Shown: positions 32,211 through 50,244, numbered from the stretch's first letter. The stretch is 64,000 nucleotides of DNA from Bradymonadia bacterium (GCA_046290225.1 JBKAGE010000079.1:1-64000); one strand, 5' to 3'. Made by a program: numbers and translations. The notes: a model not told the origin generated them from the sequence alone.

Positions 32211-33959
32211 TTGCAGACGAACGGCATCCTCGAGAACCTAGTCACGCAGTTCAGCAACGCCCTGGATTGCCTGCGTGAGCTCGTCCAGAACGCCATCGAC
32301 GCTGGCACCCCTCACGTGGACGTGTGGACCGAGTATGAGTCCACCGGGGGCCACGAGGGGGTGATCTCCATCCATGTCGACGACTTTGGCGAGGGCATGG
32401 ACGAGCAGATCATCGATCAGCAGTTCACCCAGCTCTTTGCCTCGGCCAAAGAGGGCGATCTCACCAAAATCGGCAAGTTCGGCATCGGCTTCGTGTCGGT
32501 GTTCGCCCTGGAGCCCAGAGCGGTTCTGGTGCACACCGGCCGAGGTGGCGAATATTGGGAGGTGCTGTTCCATGCAGACCTCTCGTTCTCCAAGACGCGC
32601 TTGGAGAGCCCCGTGGACGGCACCCAGATCACCCTCTTCCTCGACGGTGACGCCCATCGGTACCAGGCCCTGGTGGAGGGCGTGCGCCGAACACTCAAGC
32701 ACTGGTGTCGTCACGCGGAGAGCGAGATCACCTTCGAGGATCGCTCACCGCCTTCAGATGAAGCGCCAGTGGTGGAACCCATCAGCGAGCCGTTCACGTT
32801 GACGGGCGACTGCACGTGCACCGTGGAACATGCGGGCACCACCATCGTGGTGGGCTACAGTGATCAGCCAGAGTACGGGTTCTACAATCACGGGCTGACC
32901 CTGGCCCACACCACCATCGCCGAGAGCCTGCTCGACGAGCGCGCTCCGCGATATGGCCACATCGCCTTCAAGATGAAGTCCCGTTATCTGGAGCACACGC
33001 TCAGCCGGGAGACCGTGCTCCGGAACGCGCAGTACGAGCAGGCCATGCAGCTGCTCGACGAGGCTGTGTGCGATGTGCTCTTGCCTCGTCTGGTGACGTC
33101 CATCGAGGCGCTGGTCGAGCAGCCACAATGGACCCACGCAGAGGTGAGCACGTACGACCGGTGGATGGGGATCTTGCTGCGAGAGCCTCTGAAGCTGGTC
33201 ATGCAGCTGTCAGAGCGGCTGCTGTTCCGTCAGGTGGATGGTACGCCCATCTCGATGAAGACCCTCTTCGAGGTGAGGCGCCGAACAGGTCGAGTGCTCG
33301 TCGCCGAGAGTGCCGATCACCTCACTGAGGCCCTCGGTCAGGCGGGGATACCCGTGGTGTATGGTCGAGTGTTCGATGCCCCTGAAGGCATCACGCCGGC
33401 CACTCAGCCCGTCGCTGTGTTCATCCGGATGGCCAGCGCCGAGCTGCGCAGCAGCGTGACCAGTCGCCTGCACGACATCGCCAGCCGAATGGGCCTCGTG
33501 GAGCCGCGAGGGTACATCCTCGAGGTGTGGGAAAGCCTTGCGGCGCCCGAAGAGGTCTACAGATATGTGGATCTGGACGACACGGCCGATGACGTCAGCA
33601 TCGCGCTCATCGAACATGCGCATCGGCTGTTGAAGGAGATCGAGGCGCCGTACCAGCACCTGGCCGCGGGCCGGTTGACCAGCGTCGAAGAGGAGCCCCC
33701 GCTCTTCGTGGTGGCGCGGCGGCTGTCGCCGCTCATGGCGCGGCCACCGGCGACGCTCAGCGCTGAGCAGCGAAGCCGCATGCAGGTGGCCATTCACGGC
33801 GGGCACCCCCACTTTCAGAGGCTGCGGCGCCTGTATCAGACCGCGCCGGCCCTCGCCGCCTACTGCCTCGCCAAGAGCCTGCTCCTCTCGGAAGATCACA
33901 TGCTCTCCGCCGATCTCGCCCTCATTGGCGCAGCCCGGCCCGATTTGACCCCCCAATAG
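32211..33959 (+). CDS. HSP90-like GHKL ATPase
   Basis: Bergerat motifs LRELVQNAIDA, DDFGEGM, IGKFGIGFVSVF, DGTQITL; TTG start. Confidence 0.88.
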   Translation: MQTNGILENLVTQFSNALDCLRELVQNAIDAGTPHVDVWTEYESTGGHEGVISIHVDDFGEGMDEQIIDQQFTQLFASAKEGDLTKIGKFGIGFVSVFALEPRAVLVHTGRGGEYWEVLFHADLSFSKTRLESPVDGTQITLFLDGDAHRYQALVEGVRRTLKHWCRHAESEITFEDRSPPSDEAPVVEPISEPFTLTGDCTCTVEHAGTTIVVGYSDQPEYGFYNHGLTLAHTTIAESLLDERAPRYGHIAFKMKSRYLEHTLSRETVLRNAQYEQAMQLLDEAVCDVLLPRLVTSIEALVEQPQWTHAEVSTYDRWMGILLREPLKLVMQLSERLLFRQVDGTPISMKTLFEVRRRTGRVLVAESADHLTEALGQAGIPVVYGRVFDAPEGITPATQPVAVFIRMASAELRSSVTSRLHDIASRMGLVEPRGYILEVWESLAAPEEVYRYVDLDDTADDVSIALIEHAHRLLKEIEAPYQHLAAGRLTSVEEEPPLFVVARRLSPLMARPPATLSAEQRSRMQVAIHGGHPHFQRLRRLYQTAPALAAYCLAKSLLLSEDHMLSADLALIGAARPDLTPQ

Positions 33960-33967
33960 GCCCAGCC

Positions 33968-36900
33968 ATGTCGTCCATTGATCAGGTCATCGCCCGCAGC
34001 CGTCAGGCGGGTGCATTCGTCGAGCGCAAGACGTTCACCGTGGCCCGGGCTCAGGCCATCCGGAAGATGCGCCAGTTCACCCTGGCCGATCCGCATCACT
34101 TCGTGCTCGAGCTGATTCAGGCGGCTCTGGCCAATGGGGCTACGTCGCTCAATGTGGCGTCGAGCAAGCAGTTTTTCGCGCTGTCGTACGTAGGAGGCAG
34201 CTTTCACGAGGCCGAGCTGAGTCAGCTGTTCGACTTCTTGTTCACGGCAAAGTCGGACTTGGAGAACGCTGATCTGCGGCTGTTGGCTCTGGGCATCAAC
34301 GCGTTGATGTTGATGGCCCCCGAGCAGATCGTGATCGAGTCAGGCAACGGCACCACACAGGGCACGACACGGGTGGTGATCCACGGCGCCGATACTTTGG
34401 AGGTTGGTCGCCCGGAGAAGGCTCTGAGCGGGACCTATGTGAGCGCCATGGGCCTGCAGCGCAGCCTCGTCGAGGGCAAGAGCAACTTGATGCCGTCCGA
34501 CTACGGCGAGCGAGAGTGCACAGCCATCGAAGAGCGTTGCCTCGCTCTGCCGGTGCCCATCGTGGTGAACCGCGAGCTGGTTTTTGGGTACAGGAGCATT
34601 CGCACACCGCGCATCGGTGGCTATCGCCGTACGATCAGCTTCGACGAGGGCGATCTGTACGGCACCATCGGTCTGCTGGTGGGCCCGGGCGAGCAGGAGG
34701 CGCACTTCAAGCTCCTCACCTGGGGGGTCTGGGCTCAGACTGTGGAGCGCGACGTTCTGCCGGGTCACCGGATCGGCGGGGTGGTGGGGTTCGATCGTCT
34801 GAACAAGACCGCTGATCATGCCGCCATCGTCCGAGATGCACGTTTCGAGGAGATGTGGGCACGCCTGAAGCCCTATGCACAACAATTGCTCACCGAAGAT
34901 GTGTCGAGCACTGCCTACAGCTTCACCACGGTGATGGGCGAGCCCCTGGCAGTGAGAGATCTCCGGCAGCTGCTGCGAGAGCATCCGCGGGTGGTGGTGG
35001 CCCCGGAGAGCGGGCGGCTCGGAGAGGTGCACCGAGAGCGGGCGTTTCAGATCGGCCGTCACATGGACGCCCTGGTCATGTGTTCGAACGATGAAGACAT
35101 CGACGCCCTGAGATCGCTGGCGGGCAAGCCCGTCCAGATCATCCGCCCCGATCTGCGGACGAAGGACGACGTGGCGTTCTACGCGCAAGAGCAGCTCACG
35201 CCGCCGACGCGGCCCTGGCTCACCGATGCGGTACCGCTCGAGGGCGAGGTCCTCACCGAGGCCGTGAAGCCTCTACTGGAGCAGCTGTCGGATGAGGTGG
35301 ACGATCTCCAGATCTCGCACGGCACGTTGTATACGCCGGAGCACCCCATGGCTTCTGTGGGTGAGGCGCTGGTGCGGGTGGTCCTCCACGAGCGGTTGAT
35401 CTGGCAGGGGAGAGTGCCCTGCGCGTTCCCCAACCACGTGCTCGACGTGCACATCGACGGGGTGGCGCCGAGGGCGGCGTCGAGTCGCCTGCCAGGGTTG
35501 CCCGAGCAGTTCGAGCACCTGGCCCATGGTCTGGCGAGATACATCACAACCCACTGCCTCGATGAGATTCACCGTGCCACCACGCGGGTCATCGGGACCC
35601 TTTCTCACCGAGCGGTGACACCAGAAACCGGGCTGGCGCTGATGATCTTGAGCCACATCGCCCGAGAAGGGGTGGTCAGCCTCGAGGCCGAGTCGCCTGG
35701 CGGGCCACCTGTGCCCACGCTGAGCCTGTTCAGTGCGCCGCAGACCGATGTGCTCGCGTTGCCGCTGCTCGCGCGCCTCGACGGCGAGGCGATTTCGCTG
35801 CGGGCGCTGATGCGCTCCATGTCCGATCACGGCGGGCTGGTCTACGGGGTGGTCCCTGAAGTGCCTGCCGATCTCACTGGCCTCGACGTGTCGGACGTGC
35901 TGTCGCTGTCTCTGGCCTCGGAGCGGCTGCTCGTGGCGCTGTTGGGGCCATCGGCCTATGTTCGCCTCGACCAGCGCGAGGTGCTGGCCACGGCGGAGCA
36001 GGCTGTGTTGCGCGATGTCGCCATAGGGCTGAGATCATACCCTCCTGGTGATTTTCTGCTGGAGACCCCTCAGGCCGTCGACGACTCCACCCAACGACTT
36101 GGTGGCGTGGAGCACACCCTCATCCAGGGGCTCTTGTCTCTGTGCCGGGGCCAGTCAGCCTTGAGCCACGAAGAGGAGAACCGGCGTCAGGCGCTGCGGC
36201 ATCTGCAGTGGTTCGCCATTCAGCGAGGCTTAGGCCTCTCAAAGGGGCCCTTGTGGAACGTCGAGCGGTTGCCCTTGTTCGTCGCCCGTGACGGCACGCC
36301 GTGTTGCCTGTTGCACATCAAGGCCCTCATCGAGCGGACCGGCGCCGTGGTGATGTACGCAGGCCGTGGTTTGGAGGCGGCGAGCCTTGCTGAGCGTCTA
36401 CCGCTGACGTTGATGTTGTCCGAGGATGTGGAGCGCCCCATCGACGGGCTGGCCCTGAACCCTTTCGTGTGTGTAGCTCTGGCAATGCACGTGCCGGTGC
36501 GCAGCGCATTTGAGCACGTGCTGGCGTCGCCGCAGGAGGCTTCGTCGAACCACTTGGTGACCATGGATGTGGAATTGCCAGGCTTCGAGGGGGCGCTGGG
36601 CGTACCCGAGGTGCTGCCGGAGTCACCCGCCATCGCGATTTTGTCTGCCGATCATCAGCAGACAACTCGACTTCATCGGGTCGCCGAGCGATTTGGCGTC
36701 GTCGGTGTATTGCGTCAGACGGCACCGCAAGCCTCGCCGGACGAGCATGCCCTGGCTGCCTGTGCCGAATCCACGTTGCGGGCTTTGCTGGCGCGTCTCG
36801 ATGCCTTTCGCGCAGAAGATGTCGAGCGCTGGCACATGTCGCTGTCGCACTTGCTGAGCTTTGCCGAGCGACACATGCAGCTGATCGTTCAGCCTGACAC

Positions 36901-37595
36901 CGAATGGGTGATGCTTGATGTCTATCATGCCGTGGCCCAGTTGGTGCTGTCGCTGCCGCTGGTCGAGATGCGTGTCGGCGCGCCCGTGAGCGCCCGTGAT
37001 TTCATCACGAGGCACATGGCCGCAGTGCGCTCGGGCGGTGAGGGGCGTCTCGACGCCCTCGACCCGAAGCTCTCACCGGTGCTGAAGCGCTGGATCGCAC
37101 GGCAGGTCGACCCCGGGCGGGTGGTGCATCTGGCGAGCGCGAGCCGACAGGCGCCGGAGGTCGCGCATGTAGAGGCTTTCGGCGTCGATCAGGATGCTGT
37201 GGAAACGCTGGCCCACTGGTTGGAGAGGTTGCGCCCCGACGAGGTGCCCCTCTTCGGTATCCAGGTGGTCTCCCCGACCCACATCTACATGTCGTGGTCT
37301 CGCACGATCCTGGAGCAGGGCTTCGGCTGGTCGGGTCCCATGGACGCGCCCTTCGCCTATGTGGTGGAGCCTGACGAAACCGGGGAGCGGCACATCTTGT
37401 ACCTGAACCGGAGCCACTGGCTGGTGGGGTGGGCCCTGTCGTGCCTGAGCGTCGACGAGGAGGCTCTGGCGTGGCTGCTGTTGTCGAGCTACGCCTTCAT
37501 CAACGAGACGCTGTACGGGGTGACGAACACCCACGAGATGGTCTTTCAGGGGCGCCTGATCGAGGCGATGAGTGGGGGAGCGCTGCTGGCCAACT

Positions 37596-37612
<17 letters not shown>
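33968..37612 (+). CDS. Large protein with a degenerate GHKL/HSP90-like N-terminal domain
   Basis: FVLELIQAALANGA (motif I without Asn/Asp), no DxGxG, LRLLALGINAL at the motif III position, SGT motif IV; 8 bp after the intact ATPase gene. Confidence 0.7.
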
Positions 37613-40925
<3,313 letters not shown>

Positions 40926-40929
40926 CACT

Positions 40930-44757
<3,828 letters not shown>

Positions 44758-44887
44758 GGTCCTTCAACTCCCTCTCTGTGGCGAGGCGTGTCACCTCGCC
44801 GATATGTACGGTCTATGCTGTTGGCCTGTGCGATGGCGCAGTCTGATTCGGGCAGTGTAGCAGCGGCCTCGGATCTGGTGCACGGCG

Positions 44888-46897
44888 TTACTCTTCGTCT
44901 TCAGGGAGCCACTCTCCCTGCTCCCAGCGCATCCAGGCCTCGCCTTCGGGGTTCTCGTCTTCCCCGAAGAGCAGCTCGTTGTTCACGCCTGCGTCGTCGA
45001 AGTGCTTGATCGAGCAGACGTCGCTGCCCTGACCGTAGGCCTCTCGAGTCTGCATCTCACGCTCTCTCTCGAGCTGTCGCTCACGACGCAGCTGGTCATC
45101 GTCAAACCCTCGTACGGCGCCGTCGTCTCCTGGCTTGAAGGCATCTCGAGCCTCTTGCAGTGCCATCTCCGTGAGCATCGCGATGGGGTGGTGGGCGTAG
45201 ATGAGGCCTTCTTTGTTGAGCTTGGTATGCACCGTGACCCCGGTATCCCACCATAGGTAGTTCTTGTACTGCTCTCGCCAGATGCGGGCGTTGCGGCGGG
45301 TTTGCCACTCGTACTCCGTGCCGCCGCCGAACATGCCGGCGAAGTCGGTCTTGTCGTACCACTCGGTCACGTGCTGGATGATCAGGTATCGCAGCTCTTT
45401 TGCGCGGGCGCCTTCTGCGTACGCCTGCTGGATCTCGGTGGGCGAGAGCGGGTAGCCCCCCTCGGCGAGCCCGCGGAGCTCTTCACCCTTGCGACCGAGG
45501 CGCCGCCAGACCGCACGGGCGTTGCACAAGATGTCTTCGTAGGGGTCGTCCTCGACGATCTCGAAGGCGGGATCGTTTTTCGCCACAAAAGGCCGGTTGC
45601 CGATGATGGCCATGTCGACGAGGGGCATCATCTCCCCGTCGGCCACCCCGGAGAAGACATCGGCGTGGCCCACAAGCTCGCCGGCTTCGATGGGCACCTC
45701 GATGAGAGCCACCCGACCTGTCTCCAGGGCATAGAGCCCCGGGGCGCTCTTGGCCCGGCCGTCATCATGGTACTCCGCCAGCTTGCTGCGCCCTCGCGGC
45801 TGCTCGATGAGCTTCCTGATCCAGGGGATGGGGCTCTTGGTGGTGAGGGGCTGCTGCTTGAGGTGCATCAGCAGGGTGAAGAACTCCACCGCCCGGCGGC
45901 CGAAGTTGATCTTGTGCTTGATGAGCACGAAGTTGGGGCTGCCGAGACGATCGCGCTCCATGTTCCGGGCCACGAGCAGCGTGCCTGCCGCGGGCGCCAC
46001 CACTGGCGTACCCGGGTAGCCCTCTTCGGCGGCCCGGGCAGGCATGTGCACCCCGGTGTGCCAGGCCTGATTCACCCCGACGGGGAAGAACCCCGACTCC
46101 CCTTGTTCGATCTGCTGAAAGTAGCTCTCGGCCAGGGCCTGCACCCGATCAGCGCTCATCTTGGGGATCTCGCTGAGGTTCTGGGTGTCGGGCAGGGTGA
46201 CGGGGTAGTAGAGCTGGCGCCCGCGAATGCCGGTCACCACCCGCTCCCAGTCGAAGCCGGGGCCTGGATCCCACTTGTTCGCCGAGACGTGATAGTGGGC
46301 CACGATGCCGGCGAACGAGCCAAAGCTCTGCAGCTTGCGATCGACCACCTTGCCGTCGGGCCCGATGGGGATCTTGCCCTCGACGTTGGGGAAGAACTTC
46401 ACGAGGGCCTGCAAGACGGCGATGAGCGACTCGTACTGGGCGTCGGTGTACCCAAGACTCACCAGGCGGCCGCCGTTGATGCGTCCGCTGAAGACCTCTC
46501 GATCCATGTGCCGTGGGGTCTGGCGCTCCGGACGACAGGGGTTGTTGAGATCGATGCCGATGCTGTTGTCGTTCACCCCTGCGGCGTGAAACGCCACATA
46601 GGCGAGGTTGAGCGGCTGATAGATCGTGCCGTCCACGTCGATCAGGATGTGGGTGGACAGGTTGCGGCTGACGAGGACCCGGTAACAGAGATCGCTGGTG
46701 TTGGTGCCGTCGTGGTGCAGCACCACCTTGTTCACCGCGGTCTTGCGGACGTCGGGGCTGAACTTGTTGTACCCGTAGCGTCGCTGGCCGTCGGTGTTCT
46801 GCTTGTGGTGGAAGCTGTGTCGCGGATCTTCCCGGTAGGAGATGACCTCCTTGGCACAGGGGATGGCTTCCTGATTGAAATAGAGTGATCGTCCCAC
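44888..46897 (-). CDS. N-acetylmuramoyl-L-alanine amidase (Amidase_2) fused to a WHIX-like/M23-fold region
   Basis: VVLHHD, AFHAAG, SIGID, IVAH, KWDPG amidase motifs; then GFFPVGVNQAWHTGVH, FFTLLMHL, IEAGELVG, HVTEW, LWWD, YAHHP; no signal peptide. Confidence 0.82.
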   Translation of the reverse strand: MGRSLYFNQEAIPCAKEVISYREDPRHSFHHKQNTDGQRRYGYNKFSPDVRKTAVNKVVLHHDGTNTSDLCYRVLVSRNLSTHILIDVDGTIYQPLNLAYVAFHAAGVNDNSIGIDLNNPCRPERQTPRHMDREVFSGRINGGRLVSLGYTDAQYESLIAVLQALVKFFPNVEGKIPIGPDGKVVDRKLQSFGSFAGIVAHYHVSANKWDPGPGFDWERVVTGIRGRQLYYPVTLPDTQNLSEIPKMSADRVQALAESYFQQIEQGESGFFPVGVNQAWHTGVHMPARAAEEGYPGTPVVAPAAGTLLVARNMERDRLGSPNFVLIKHKINFGRRAVEFFTLLMHLKQQPLTTKSPIPWIRKLIEQPRGRSKLAEYHDDGRAKSAPGLYALETGRVALIEVPIEAGELVGHADVFSGVADGEMMPLVDMAIIGNRPFVAKNDPAFEIVEDDPYEDILCNARAVWRRLGRKGEELRGLAEGGYPLSPTEIQQAYAEGARAKELRYLIIQHVTEWYDKTDFAGMFGGGTEYEWQTRRNARIWREQYKNYLWWDTGVTVHTKLNKEGLIYAHHPIAMLTEMALQEARDAFKPGDDGAVRGFDDDQLRRERQLEREREMQTREAYGQGSDVCSIKHFDDAGVNNELLFGEDENPEGEAWMRWEQGEWLPEDEE

Positions 46898-46987
46898 AGA
46901 GCGTCCCGAAGCCTTAATGCGTTACACAGAGAGAACTGATGCGGCAGGCGAGCGAGTCTGGTGCAACAGGTTCTGCCTCATCACCCT

Positions 46988-48643
46988 CTAATCCCAGAGG
47001 GGCTGCTGAGCCTTCACCGCCGCAGCGGCCTGGGCCTCGATGCCAAAAACCAGTTCATTGTCGCCCACACGGATGACGTCGCCTTCCTGGAGAGCGGTCT
47101 GAGTGATGCGCTCGCCGTTCACGAAGGTGCCCGAGTCGGTGTTGTAGTCGGTGAGCACGAACTGCGCGTCGCCGCGATCACGGATGCCGCAATGTCGTGG
47201 CGCCACCCCGCGCTCGTTGATGCGGACCGGACAGCCTGCCTCGGCGCCGATGTCCACCACGTCTGCGGCAAACCGCAACACTTGACCTTCCCAGAGACCC
47301 GAGCGCCCCACGAGCCGAAAGCGCATGGGCACCTCTTTGGCGCGATCTTGAGCGCAGAACAAACACTCTTTCCAGTCGGGCATCATGGTGCGGCCACAGA
47401 CCGAGCAGGGCTTCTTCGAGGCTTCGAAGGCCTGGGCTGCCTGAGCCTGGTCGTTCGCCGCGGCTGCAGCGGCCCTTCGGCGGCGGATGATCTTCACCAG
47501 GGCGATGATGAAGACGATGAGCCCGAGGACGAACCAGATGATGGCTCGGCCCCACCAGGGCATCGTCTCCCAGAGGTCATTGAGCCAGTCGAGTGATCGT
47601 GCGAACCAGCCGAGGCGGTTTTCCACGATGGCAGAGTATTCGAGGGAGAGCTCTCGCCGACCGCCGGACATGCGGGCTTCGGCGACGAAGGAAACGACGT
47701 CGCCGGGCAACGGGGGCGGCGCCTGCTCGACGAGGATCTCCGCCTCAAGCACATAGCGCATGTCGAGCTCTTCGGCGGCGTGCTCGATGGCCTCTTTGAG
47801 CGAGCCCTCGTCATCGGTTGCGGCACGATGGGTGCCTCCTGACTTCCGGGCGAGTACTCTCAGCGCCCAGGGCTCACCTTCGCCTTCGTCGGGGAGGGTG
47901 ATGGTCATGATGCGCACGCCACGGCGGCGGGCCATGAACACCATGGCCCGAAGCACCTCGTCGACGCGGCTGCGGGGGAGGCCCTCGTCGATCACCCCGT
48001 CGGTGACCACATAGAGCACCCGGTCGAGGGGGAACTCGCCGTCGCGCTCCTTGATGATCTCGGGCACCACGCCATCTTCTGGCGACTGCTCCACCCCAGG
48101 GGCCAGGGGGAACCGCTCGAGCATCTTCTCGATGCAGGCGAACTGCCGGCTCGCTGCCTCACCGCCGTAATCGGCGTCGAGGAGCCCGGCGAGGTTGCTC
48201 GGCAGCTGATCGACGGCGTCGGACCAGCGCTCCTTGGGCAGCCGCTCGATGGCTTTGCCATAGACACACACAGCAGCCCGCGAGTCACCGGGTTGATCGG
48301 TGAACACCCGACCGAGGGCCTTGGAGATCGACTTCCAGCGCTCGGGGTAGCGCCCGTCGGCCACTACGGCGATGGCCCGCGGGGCGTCGGCCTCTTTGGC
48401 GAGCATGAACTCAACGTCGTCGGTGACCTGAAAGCCATCGCGCATGATGCGGAACTTCAGGCTCTCCTCTGGTGGGATCGACCGCCAGTCCTGGTCGCGG
48501 AGCATGGTGACCCAGAGCCGGGCGCCGGGCAGAGCCGTGGGCTCGTAGCGATCGATCTTGATGCGGGCAGAGGCCCCGAGGGGGGACAGCGCCATCACCG
48601 CAAAGAGAGTGATGGCGGCGTATCTGAGCCAGGCGCCGATCAA
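46988..48643 (-). CDS. Membrane protein: vWA-like ectodomain, TM, Zn-ribbon, FHA domain
   Basis: TTG start overlapping upstream TGA; signal peptide; AIAVVADG, LYVVTDG, LARKSGG; TM helix; CSVC...CLFC; FHA motifs VAPRHC, SGTFVNG, LQEGDVIRVG. Confidence 0.82.
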   Translation of the reverse strand: MIGAWLRYAAITLFAVMALSPLGASARIKIDRYEPTALPGARLWVTMLRDQDWRSIPPEESLKFRIMRDGFQVTDDVEFMLAKEADAPRAIAVVADGRYPERWKSISKALGRVFTDQPGDSRAAVCVYGKAIERLPKERWSDAVDQLPSNLAGLLDADYGGEAASRQFACIEKMLERFPLAPGVEQSPEDGVVPEIIKERDGEFPLDRVLYVVTDGVIDEGLPRSRVDEVLRAMVFMARRRGVRIMTITLPDEGEGEPWALRVLARKSGGTHRAATDDEGSLKEAIEHAAEELDMRYVLEAEILVEQAPPPLPGDVVSFVAEARMSGGRRELSLEYSAIVENRLGWFARSLDWLNDLWETMPWWGRAIIWFVLGLIVFIIALVKIIRRRRAAAAAANDQAQAAQAFEASKKPCSVCGRTMMPDWKECLFCAQDRAKEVPMRFRLVGRSGLWEGQVLRFAADVVDIGAEAGCPVRINERGVAPRHCGIRDRGDAQFVLTDYNTDSGTFVNGERITQTALQEGDVIRVGDNELVFGIEAQAAAAVKAQQPLWD

Positions 48644-49035
48644 CAGCCGAACACCAGGGGGGCTGTGAGCACCTGCACGACGACGGGCTCGCCCGTGGCC
48701 CCATCGAGGGTCTCGGGGGTGCAGGTGATTGGGGTCCACTCCTGGTCCCGCTCGAAGTGAGGCACACGGAGCGTGGCGTGGCCCTCAGGGCCGGTGGCGT
48801 CCACGCACTGCTCGGCTACACCTGCCACCACCACCCGGTAACGCTTGGCCCCAGGGCATCGCAGCTGTACCCGGCCACCCGCTCTCACCCTGGACACATC
48901 GGATGTGGCCTCAGGGAGTCGGTCGAGAGGCTGCGAGGCAGCCCCACGGACCACGGCGACGCCTACGAGGCCTGCGGTGGTGGCGCCGAGGACTGCGCGT
49001 CGAGAAGGAGGTCGGGAGGCGTGGTCGTCGCTCAT
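48640..49035 (-). CDS. Small Tat-signal exported protein
   Basis: SRRAVLG twin-arginine motif plus hydrophobic stretch; 4-bp overlaps with both neighbours. Confidence 0.65.
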   Translation of the reverse strand: MSDDHASRPPSRRAVLGATTAGLVGVAVVRGAASQPLDRLPEATSDVSRVRAGGRVQLRCPGAKRYRVVVAGVAEQCVDATGPEGHATLRVPHFERDQEWTPITCTPETLDGATGEPVVVQVLTAPLVFGC

Positions 49036-49472
49036 GCTTGGGCTTTGATGAAGGGTTTCACGACGATCAGGATCACAATCCCGGCGAGCAAGAGCAAGGT
49101 GATGATGTGAAGCGCCAGGAAACGCCTGGGGCGATCCGGGCCTTTGAGGCCTCGCATGGCGAGGTGATCAATGACGAACAGGCCGCCGACGAGGCCGAGC
49201 TTGGCGTGCATGAAGGGCTGTCGCAGCAGTGCCTGCTGCTGATGCAGCATCCAGATGCCTGTGAGGAATACGAAGAACGCGCCCGGCGCCGCGAGCCTGA
49301 GGTAGAGCCTTCGGCCAAGTGTCTTGACCTGATCGCCAGGACTCAGCGCCAGCATACGGGTCAAGGCGACAAGGCCGCCTGCCCAGAGGAGAAGCGAGAA
49401 GATGTGAACTGCACGGACCCACTGCATGGCCTCGGTGTAGATCGGGACGCCGTCGACAGCAAGCCCACCCAT
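49032..49472 (-). CDS. hemJ: HemJ/CopD-family membrane protein (putative protoporphyrinogen IX oxidase)
   Basis: WVRAVHIFSLLLWAGGL, PFMHAKLGLV, IVILIVVKPF; four TM helices. Confidence 0.72.
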   Translation of the reverse strand: MGGLAVDGVPIYTEAMQWVRAVHIFSLLLWAGGLVALTRMLALSPGDQVKTLGRRLYLRLAAPGAFFVFLTGIWMLHQQQALLRQPFMHAKLGLVGGLFVIDHLAMRGLKGPDRPRRFLALHIITLLLLAGIVILIVVKPFIKAQA

Positions 49473-49503
49473 GATCTCACCCCTGAAAAGTACATGTCAT
49501 CGG

Positions 49504-49532
49504 TTGACTACCTATTGGTAGGTAGTTACGTT
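49504..49532 (+). promoter_or_regulatory. sigma70-type promoter overlapped by a palindromic operator
   Basis: TTGACT-17 nt-TACGTT; perfect inverted repeat ACTACCTA-ttgg-TAGGTAGT (49507-49526). Confidence 0.7.
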
Positions 49533-49563
49533 GATTGCATCAAGACACACTGGAGGATCCATC

Positions 49564-50244
49564 ATGAGCACCGCGACAGGCTTTGCATTGCGAGCAGACT
49601 TTGATGTCCGGGAGGTCGTGCATCTCGACGACGAGCCCTGGGTGCCCTCTCCGGCCCCAGGTGTGGATCGACGCATGCTCGATCGGGTCGGTGAAGAGGT
49701 GGCCCGGGCGACCACCGTGGTCCGGTACGCCCCTGGGAGCAGGTTTGACAGCCACACCCACAGCCTGGGCGAAGAGTTCTTTGTGCTCGAAGGGGTGTTC
49801 TCCGACGAGCACGGCCACTACCCCGCGGGGACCTACGTACGGAATCCGCCGGGATCGAGTCACGCCCCTTATACAGAGCACGGCTGTACGATTTGGGTGA
49901 AGCTGCGGCAGTTCGATCTGCGCGACACCGAGCGGGTGGTCATCAACACACGCGACGCCGACTTCGTGCCGGGCCAGGTGCCCGGCCTCACGGTGTTGCC
50001 CCTGCACAGTTTCGAGGGTGAGCACGTGGCCCTGGTGCGGTGGGCGCCAGGGTGTCGCTTCGTGCCCCACACGCACTGGGGCGGCGAAGAGATTCTGGTG
50101 CTCGAGGGGGTGTTCTCCGACGAGCATGGCCACTACCCCACGGGGACATGGCTCCGGAGTCCTCATCTGAGCCGACACGCACCATATTCCGAGGCGGGCT
50201 GCCTCATCTACGTGAAGGTGGGGCACCTGAGCCCTGGGTCATGA
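49564..50244 (+). CDS. ChrR-like double cupin protein
   Basis: WVPSPAPGVDRRMLDRVGEEVARAT; two repeats of H.H..GEE..VLEGVFSDEHG.YP.GT..R.P..S.HAP; GGAGG RBS. Confidence 0.93.
   Translation: MSTATGFALRADFDVREVVHLDDEPWVPSPAPGVDRRMLDRVGEEVARATTVVRYAPGSRFDSHTHSLGEEFFVLEGVFSDEHGHYPAGTYVRNPPGSSHAPYTEHGCTIWVKLRQFDLRDTERVVINTRDADFVPGQVPGLTVLPLHSFEGEHVALVRWAPGCRFVPHTHWGGEEILVLEGVFSDEHGHYPTGTWLRSPHLSRHAPYSEAGCLIYVKVGHLSPGS

Noticed and set aside
32211..33959. Calling this gene htpG
   Set aside because: Only the ATPase motifs match; canonical HtpG middle and C-terminal signatures were not recognised
44888..46897. Prophage endolysin
   Set aside because: No holin, structural or integrase genes nearby; codon usage looks host-like
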